DNA of 64,000 bases from Candidatus Latescibacterota bacterium (GTDB taxonomy: Bacteria; Latescibacterota; UBA2968), in the NCBI GenBank assembly GCA_965204375.1, contig OZ241986.1, forward strand, positions 1,568,001 through 1,632,000, read 5' to 3'. Below the pieces are notes generated by a model. It was not told where the DNA came from, did no database searches, and worked only from the letters and a program-made list of their open reading frames with translations. This document shows, piece after piece, positions 57,875-64,000 of the stretch. The first letter of the stretch is position 1. Every line of letters begins with the position of its first letter. Position numbers and translations under genes: made by a program.

Positions 57875-58597
57875 TTAGTTTTGCAGATGTACAAGATGGG
57901 TAAAAATGGCCTCGAGATCTTTGGGCTGCCCCGTTTTTTGCGCCAGATTATCTATGCTGCCATCGGCTAATAAATTGCCCTGATGTATGATAAGCACGCG
58001 GTCAGATAGGGCAGCGACTTCATGTATAATATGGCTGCTAAATAAGATAATCCGATTTTCGCTGAGGGATTGGATCAGGTCTCGAAATGCCAGAACTTGC
58101 AGGGGGTCAAAACCGTGTGTGGGTTCATCGAGCAGGAGAATAGGTGGGTCGTGGATAAGAGCAGCCCCTACACCGATGCGCTGACGAAATCCCGTGGAGC
58201 ACTGGTCGATGCGTTTGTAAAGATGGGGGGAGAGGCCGCATATATCGACAACCCAGGCGAGTTTTTTTTCGAGTATATCGCCAGAAAGTCCACGCGCTTT
58301 GCCGCAAAATCTCAAAAATTTATCTACGCGCATGGCCTGATAGAGCGGTGTGTCGCCGGAGAGGTAGCCGATTTTACGGCGTATGGACAATGGGTGGGTT
58401 ACCACGTCGAGGCCATCAATTGTGATTTTGCCCGAGGTGGGTAAAAGATAGGTCGCCAGCATTTTGAGCACGGTACTTTTGCCCGCACCATTGGGACCGA
58501 CAAATCCTACAATTTCGCCAGGCTCGAGCGAAAAACTGATGTTTTCAACGGCCCTGATTGAACCGTACCATTTTGTGACATCTGTGACTTGAATCAT
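57875..58597 (-). CDS. ABC ATP-binding protein, GldA-like
   Basis: GPNGAGKST, STGFRQRIG, DEPTHGFDP; start MIQV. Confidence 0.9.
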   Translation of the reverse strand: MIQVTDVTKWYGSIRAVENISFSLEPGEIVGFVGPNGAGKSTVLKMLATYLLPTSGKITIDGLDVVTHPLSIRRKIGYLSGDTPLYQAMRVDKFLRFCGKARGLSGDILEKKLAWVVDICGLSPHLYKRIDQCSTGFRQRIGVGAALIHDPPILLLDEPTHGFDPLQVLAFRDLIQSLSENRIILFSSHIIHEVAALSDRVLIIHQGNLLADGSIDNLAQKTGQPKDLEAIFTHLVHLQN

Positions 58598-58731
58598 AGG
58601 AGAGTAGGGAAAAGCAATATTAAAATCTGAATTTGGGATTGGAAAGGATGAACACAATGGGTATATTGGGCACAACTTTATCATATGTGTAAAGGGGGCA
58701 GATTCAGGATTTTGCCTCTATCGCTAACTAC

Positions 58732-59697
58732 ATGAAATCTATGGACAAACCTATAACAAAAAAAGGCTTTTGTGCCTACTATCTGGGCGGTCTGTTTGTC
58801 AGGATGAGCGATAACAACCTCTTTTTGCTCTGTGGAGGCCTGGCATTTGCTACTCTTTTGTGTCTCGTTCCCCTGGTTTTTCTACTCTTCTTCGTATTTG
58901 AAGTCATTCTGGACGTCGGTGCGATAGCTCACCTGATCAATCGAACGGTGGATGTACTCATCCCATATACAGAAGAGGCCGGGTACCTGAAGGAAGTTTT
59001 ATCCGCGCGTGTCTCAGGCGTCATGACCTTCAAAGAGGCTTATGGGGTTTCGGGTTTGCTGATTTTGATCGTGAGCGCCAGCAGTCTGTTCAGCAGCATG
59101 AGAACCTTGCTCAATGCGGTCTTTAAGGTCGAGCATAGTTCAGGACAGAAAGAGGGCGAGATAGACCTGATCACGGTGGAACAGTTAAAAAATATGGATA
59201 CCCCAGGACGCTGGGTAAAATTTTTGTATGGCGTTTTGCCAATAGTAGTGGGCAAACTGAAGGATCTCACTATGGTACTCCTGGTAGTGTATATTTTTCT
59301 TCTATTAGTCCTCTCACTGCCCATCCTATCTGCCGTCATCGACATCGCTCCGTCTCTGATCGCCTATGTGACCTACTTTTACGGTCTCACCTCCTTCGCC
59401 CTGATTTTTGCCGTGTTTCTGGGGCTATACTGGCTGGTTCCACACCAGAAAATCCAGATAAAGATGCTGGTCACAGGTGCTTTTTGGGCTGCTTTACTGT
59501 GGAAAATTACCGAATGGATTTTTGGCTATTATCTGAGTCACTTCGCATCTATATCGTATCTGTATGGGGCTTATGTTCTGCTGGTAGTCGTGGCCTTGTG
59601 GATATACTTCTCGGTAATCATTTTTATTATAGGTGCTCAGATCGCCCAACTCTGCCGCGAAAGGCCATCTGCTGACCTTCAAAGTTCTTTATTTTAA
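58732..59697 (+). CDS. YihY/BrkB family membrane protein
   Basis: GLAF.TLL.LVP, YWLVP, LYG......LWIY......GA. Confidence 0.85.
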   Translation: MKSMDKPITKKGFCAYYLGGLFVRMSDNNLFLLCGGLAFATLLCLVPLVFLLFFVFEVILDVGAIAHLINRTVDVLIPYTEEAGYLKEVLSARVSGVMTFKEAYGVSGLLILIVSASSLFSSMRTLLNAVFKVEHSSGQKEGEIDLITVEQLKNMDTPGRWVKFLYGVLPIVVGKLKDLTMVLLVVYIFLLLVLSLPILSAVIDIAPSLIAYVTYFYGLTSFALIFAVFLGLYWLVPHQKIQIKMLVTGAFWAALLWKITEWIFGYYLSHFASISYLYGAYVLLVVVALWIYFSVIIFIIGAQIAQLCRERPSADLQSSLF

Positions 59698-59735
59698 AAA
59701 AAGAAGCCGAGTTTTTTGAAAAACTCGGCTTCTTT
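59696..59735. terminator. Bidirectional terminator
   Basis: AAAGAAGCCGAGTTTTT/AAAAACTCGGCTTCTTT. Confidence 0.8.
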
Positions 59736-59754
59736 ATTAATTGGCCTACAACAC

Positions 59755-62421
59755 TTAAAATTTGAAATCGTAACTGGCTTTTGCGTACAGGAATGTGCCG
59801 CCAAAACCATAAGGGCTGTACTCGCCGAATGGCCTGCCCACTATGGGGCCAGGGTTGACGCCTTCTTCGATATTATTGGGCTCGACATTGAGAATATTCT
59901 GAATGCCAGCGGTTATTGTCGCTCCATTGCCAATCGAGAAGCTGGACTCGATATCGACCAAAAATGCGTCACCAAAGACTTGATGCCCCACGCTCCACTC
60001 ATCCCAGGAACCGTAATAATTGACGCGCCCCAATGCACTCCAATAAGACGTTATGGGTTTTGACAGAGTCAAATTTCCGCGATGCCTGGGAAGGCCCTTT
60101 TCCAATAGCGTGATGCGCTGTTCGTCGAGAAGGGCCGGGTCGTGTTTGGTCACTTCGGTGTTGGTGTAGTTATACGCGACACTCAGTGCGCCATAACACC
60201 AAACTGGCGCCGTGAGAACAAAGTCAATCCCCTGGGTTTGCGTTTCAAAGTCGTTGGTAAAGAACGCGAATTCTTGCAGGTTTCTCGCATTGATGCCCGT
60301 AGCCTCCAATTGGTCAATTTGTTGCGGTGTAAGTGCCTTGTCGCTGGAGGTTGTCATGCGATCTTTCACTGAAATATTGAAATAGTCTATCGTTATATTG
60401 AGCGGGGCGATATTGGTATCAACGGGATAAACGTGCTTCGTGATAATAAGGCCCGCCGAGATATTGATCGACTTTTCCGGTTTAAGCCCCTCGCCGCCTA
60501 CCAGCGAGGCTGCGGGATGGATAGAGGGAATCGTGCCTCTATTGACCAGGATAAAATTGCCGTCGTCATCTTCTCCAAACTCGGTCGTGACATTAAAGGC
60601 ATTTTGCTGCCCCGGCGAGGGTGCTCTGAAGCCCGTGCTAAAACTGCCGCGCACTCTCACATTTTCATTTACTTCGAAGTTGGTCGCCAGCTTGAAATTG
60701 GTCGTGGCACCAAAATCCTCGAAGTTTTCAAAGCGCAGTGCAGCACCGAGCAACCAGTTCTCCTGTGGATTAAATTCGGCATCTGCATAAATCGCCCAGT
60801 TGGAACGGCTCCAATTCCCGGAGGCAATATCGCCGAAACCGGGAAAGCCGTTGGAAGCCGAGCTAAATCTCTGGCTCGCCAGAGGACCTATTTCAAAAGA
60901 CTCGCGCTGTCCGGGCACAACTTCAAAGTTTTCAATGCGATATTCAAGACCGGTAGCGAAAAAGAATTCTTCGCTGAACGGATACGTCACATCAAAATTG
61001 AAATTGGTATCCGTCTGGATATAGTCTCCGGGGTTAAATTCCGTTGGCGTGTTGGGCCCCAGAGAGGCATTCACCGTATTGAAGATGAAGAAATCAGAGT
61101 GGTGACGACCATAAGATGCGCTGAGGTCCCATGTCAGCAGCGACCGCGTTCCCCTGATACCCGCCAAAAAGGCACGATCTACCGTATTTCCGCCAAATCG
61201 GGGGGTAAAACCACCGGGAAAGAGTTCCTGGAATGTGAACAAATTGGGATCGTCGAAAACCTGTTTTAAGGCTATCGGATCTGGCTCCGAGCAGGTTATG
61301 GCTACCACAGGAACATCGCCACCGCTCATGTTGCCAACGAGCAATGTCGCGACCAGATTGCCGTTTACGCCATCGACAATCCCCAAGGCTTCGGCTTCCG
61401 ATTTCGTGTAATAGTTCGTGCCATCCCACATCAATACGGGTCCCTGATAGACGGCACCGCGCGTATTGGGATTGCGGAAGTAGAAACCACCCTCAACTTC
61501 CTTGCTCGCATAGTTACCGTGCCCGTAAAACTCGATATTCTCGTTAATATTAGCACCGTAATTGGCAAAAATTTTCAGGTCGTCTCTAACAAAGGGTTGC
61601 CCCCAGTTTTGTGCGGGATCCTTCACATGGGTATTGCCAACGCGAATCAAACGCGCGGCATCGTCGCGTTGAACAGCTCGGTCAGTTTCATCCGTATTGC
61701 CGTATTCCACGCTGAGGTTGATCCAGGTATCGGGTGTACCCAGACCGATATTGCCAGCCAGGGCGTAAGTACCTCCGTCCCCTTGCCGGAAAATACCGGG
61801 TTTGATTTCAATAGAGCCGCCTTCGTAATTGTCTTTGAGTTCAAAATTCAACACGCCTGCAATAGCGTCAGAACCGTATTGCGCGGACGCGCCATCGCGC
61901 AGGACTTCCACGCGCTTGAGGGCAATACTCGGGATAGCGGATATGTCGGGACCTTGCGCGGCATTGGAGAGACCATTGCCCAACCAATAAATTACGGATG
62001 CGCGGTGACGTCGCTTGCCGTTGACGAGCACCAGCGCGTGGTCGGGGGCCAGTCCTCGCAGATTGGGCGGTCGCACGACGGTTGCCGCATCACTGATCGG
62101 TTGGAGGTTGACATTGTAAGAGGGCACAACATTTCTCAGCAAGTCCTGTACATCGCTACCGCCTTGCTTGACGAAATCTTCGCCGGTAACCACATCGATG
62201 GGCACGGCGGATTCGGTGACAGAACGCGGTTGTGCGCGGGTACCGATGACCACCAATTCTTCGAGCACGACCACTTCTTCGAGTATGTCTGTGAGCGGGG
62301 GTAAGGCAGTTGTATCCGCGCTTTCGGTACGCGGTGCTTCCTGTGATACGACAGCACCACTCATCGCAAGCAGGGCAACGAGGCCAAGGGCGAGAGACTT
62401 GAAATGGGATTTCTGTTCCAT
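59755..62421 (-). CDS. TonB-dependent receptor
   Basis: Signal peptide, EELVVIGTR TonB box, LVLVNGKR, RVEVLRDGASAQYGSDAIAGV, C-terminal F. Confidence 0.95.
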   Translation of the reverse strand: MEQKSHFKSLALGLVALLAMSGAVVSQEAPRTESADTTALPPLTDILEEVVVLEELVVIGTRAQPRSVTESAVPIDVVTGEDFVKQGGSDVQDLLRNVVPSYNVNLQPISDAATVVRPPNLRGLAPDHALVLVNGKRRHRASVIYWLGNGLSNAAQGPDISAIPSIALKRVEVLRDGASAQYGSDAIAGVLNFELKDNYEGGSIEIKPGIFRQGDGGTYALAGNIGLGTPDTWINLSVEYGNTDETDRAVQRDDAARLIRVGNTHVKDPAQNWGQPFVRDDLKIFANYGANINENIEFYGHGNYASKEVEGGFYFRNPNTRGAVYQGPVLMWDGTNYYTKSEAEALGIVDGVNGNLVATLLVGNMSGGDVPVVAITCSEPDPIALKQVFDDPNLFTFQELFPGGFTPRFGGNTVDRAFLAGIRGTRSLLTWDLSASYGRHHSDFFIFNTVNASLGPNTPTEFNPGDYIQTDTNFNFDVTYPFSEEFFFATGLEYRIENFEVVPGQRESFEIGPLASQRFSSASNGFPGFGDIASGNWSRSNWAIYADAEFNPQENWLLGAALRFENFEDFGATTNFKLATNFEVNENVRVRGSFSTGFRAPSPGQQNAFNVTTEFGEDDDGNFILVNRGTIPSIHPAASLVGGEGLKPEKSINISAGLIITKHVYPVDTNIAPLNITIDYFNISVKDRMTTSSDKALTPQQIDQLEATGINARNLQEFAFFTNDFETQTQGIDFVLTAPVWCYGALSVAYNYTNTEVTKHDPALLDEQRITLLEKGLPRHRGNLTLSKPITSYWSALGRVNYYGSWDEWSVGHQVFGDAFLVDIESSFSIGNGATITAGIQNILNVEPNNIEEGVNPGPIVGRPFGEYSPYGFGGTFLYAKASYDFKF

Positions 62422-62543
62422 AAAAAAACTCCTTTGTGTTGTGAACACGGGGGAGAGATACGGTTTTAGACTGTACGCATTCCAGATTAGACAAAAAATA
62501 ACTTGAGATTTACGCAGCGTCAATATCTATTACAAATTATTAC

Positions 62544-62575
62544 AAAAAAGAAGCCGCGAAAAAACGCGGCTTCTT
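62544..62575 (-). terminator. Terminator after the upstream TonB receptor
   Basis: AAGAAGCCGCG/CGCGGCTTCTT stem with a T-run on the minus strand. Confidence 0.75.
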
Positions 62576-62609
62576 AGCTATCGGGTGAACAATCCTTTTG
62601 AACAACGAC

Positions 62610-64000
62610 CTAAAAGCCGAAGTTGTATTTGGCATACCAGAACGCGCCACTAAAACCAAATGGGCTGTACTGGCTGTACAAATGGCCAGAACCCTCCCTT
62701 GCAGTTGGATTGATGTCGGGATAGATATCGAGGATGTTCTGAGCGCCAACGGTTATCGTTGAGTGCTCGGCAATGGTATAACTAGCTTCGGCGTCCAGTA
62801 TCCATTCGTCGCCATAAACGTGGTTGTCTTCTTGATCGTACCATGAACTGTAATACCGGAGGCGACCCAGTACCTCAAACATATCGTTCAACGGTTTGAC
62901 CACCGTCAGATTGCCGCGGTGTTTGGGCAAAGCCCCTTGTATTTCTCGAATCCTTTGATCATCCATGGTTGCCGGATTGTGTTTGGTCACTTCGGTATTC
63001 GTAAGGTTATACGCCAGACTCAGTTGACCATCACACCACACCGGAGCCGTGAGAACGACGTCAATACCCTGGGTTTGGGTGTCGAAGTCATTGATGAAAA
63101 ACTTGAAATTGGTAATAAAATTCGCAGCCGTGATACCCGCTTTGAGCAGTTCATCGACCTCTGCTGGGGTCAGGGAGAAATTCTGCGAGAGCGTCAAGCG
63201 TCCCTTCACCAGGATGTGGAAATAGTCAACTGTGATATTGATAGGGGGGATACCGGTATCTACGGGAAAAACGGGAATTTCAAAAACAATACCGGCCGAG
63301 ATATTGGTCGATTTTTCGGGATCGAGCGGCTCACCACCCTTGGATTCTGCTACGGGATTGTTTGACGGAATTGTGCCGTCATTGGTCAAATCACCGATTG
63401 CGGGGTCAAAGATCGTGGATACGTTAAAGGCATTTTGCTGTCCGGGCGTGGGTGCTCTAAAGCCCGTGCTAAAACTGCCGCGCACTTTTGTATTCTCGTT
63501 AAGCCCGTAATTGGTCGCCACTTTGAAGTTGGTCGTGGATCCAAAATCATCGAAGTTTTCAAAGCGCAGCGCTGCACCGATCAGCCAGTTCTCTTGCGGG
63601 TTAAATTCGGCGTCTCCATAAATCGCCCAGTTGGAGCGGCTCCAGGTGCCTGCGGCAATTTCACCAAATCCCGAGAACCCGTTGGACGCGACAGTAAATC
63701 CATACTCTGCCAGCGGGCCTTTTACCCATGATTCTCGTTGCCCCTGCACAATTTCAAAATTTTCTGTGCGGTATTCAAGACCAGCGGCAAAGAAAAACTG
63801 TTCGCTAAACGGATAGGTGATATCAAAGTTGAAATTGGTATCTGTCTGGATATAGGTTCCAGGATCAAAATACGGTGCATCTTCGTGACTGGGATCAACT
63901 TGTGGTCCATTTGGCCAGGGTTGGTTGGGACCCAAAGAGGCATTTACAGTATTGAAGATGAAGTAATCGGCTTCGTTGCGCCCATAAGACGCGCTGAGAT
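62610..64000 (-). CDS. TonB-dependent receptor paralog (5' end outside the window)
   Basis: GSFSTGFRAPTPGQ and YSPFGFSG; strongly similar to 59755-62421; C-terminal F. Confidence 0.93.
   Translation of the reverse strand, partial: LSASYGRNEADYFIFNTVNASLGPNQPWPNGPQVDPSHEDAPYFDPGTYIQTDTNFNFDITYPFSEQFFFAAGLEYRTENFEIVQGQRESWVKGPLAEYGFTVASNGFSGFGEIAAGTWSRSNWAIYGDAEFNPQENWLIGAALRFENFDDFGSTTNFKVATNYGLNENTKVRGSFSTGFRAPTPGQQNAFNVSTIFDPAIGDLTNDGTIPSNNPVAESKGGEPLDPEKSTNISAGIVFEIPVFPVDTGIPPINITVDYFHILVKGRLTLSQNFSLTPAEVDELLKAGITAANFITNFKFFINDFDTQTQGIDVVLTAPVWCDGQLSLAYNLTNTEVTKHNPATMDDQRIREIQGALPKHRGNLTVVKPLNDMFEVLGRLRYYSSWYDQEDNHVYGDEWILDAEASYTIAEHSTITVGAQNILDIYPDINPTAREGSGHLYSQYSPFGFSGAFWYAKYNFGF

Noticed and set aside
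62422-62540. Cobalamin or TPP riboswitch upstream of the TonB receptor
   Set aside because: The leader is short and has no B12-box or TPP core sequence.

Overview
A 64-kb stretch of a Gram-negative bacterial chromosome; the gene set (TamA/TamB, TonB receptors, GldA/F/G-like ABC systems, DUF6785-type membrane protein, sulfatase-like enzyme) suggests an FCB/PVC-related uncultured lineage, which is inference only. Core genes: hpt, mutL, miaA, tRNA-Gly(CCC), metH, pyk, sppA, an rsmC-like methyltransferase and a family-5 UDG. It also holds a three-subunit xanthine-dehydrogenase-family molybdoenzyme, tamA/tamB, a DUF362/PPTase/two zinc-ribbon ABC exporter/DUF1854 cluster, two convergent GldAFG-like ABC systems and two tandem TonB-receptor paralogs. 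Mobile DNA: a complete IS256 with a 10-bp target duplication, and an IS3 lacking a duplication inside a metH-pyk accessory hotspot of truncated genes plus a type II TA pair. The most unusual signal is a set of short 7-, 8-, 9-, 10- and 16-bp tandem arrays at gene boundaries. They often contain the stop codon, point their purine-rich strand away from the gene end, and in three intergenic regions form inward-facing pairs with TTGGGTGG just inside the right arm. Several structured RNA candidates and proteins with degenerate catalytic motifs (MutL, sulfatase, amidohydrolase) were also found. All family assignments come from motif recognition by eye, not database searches.
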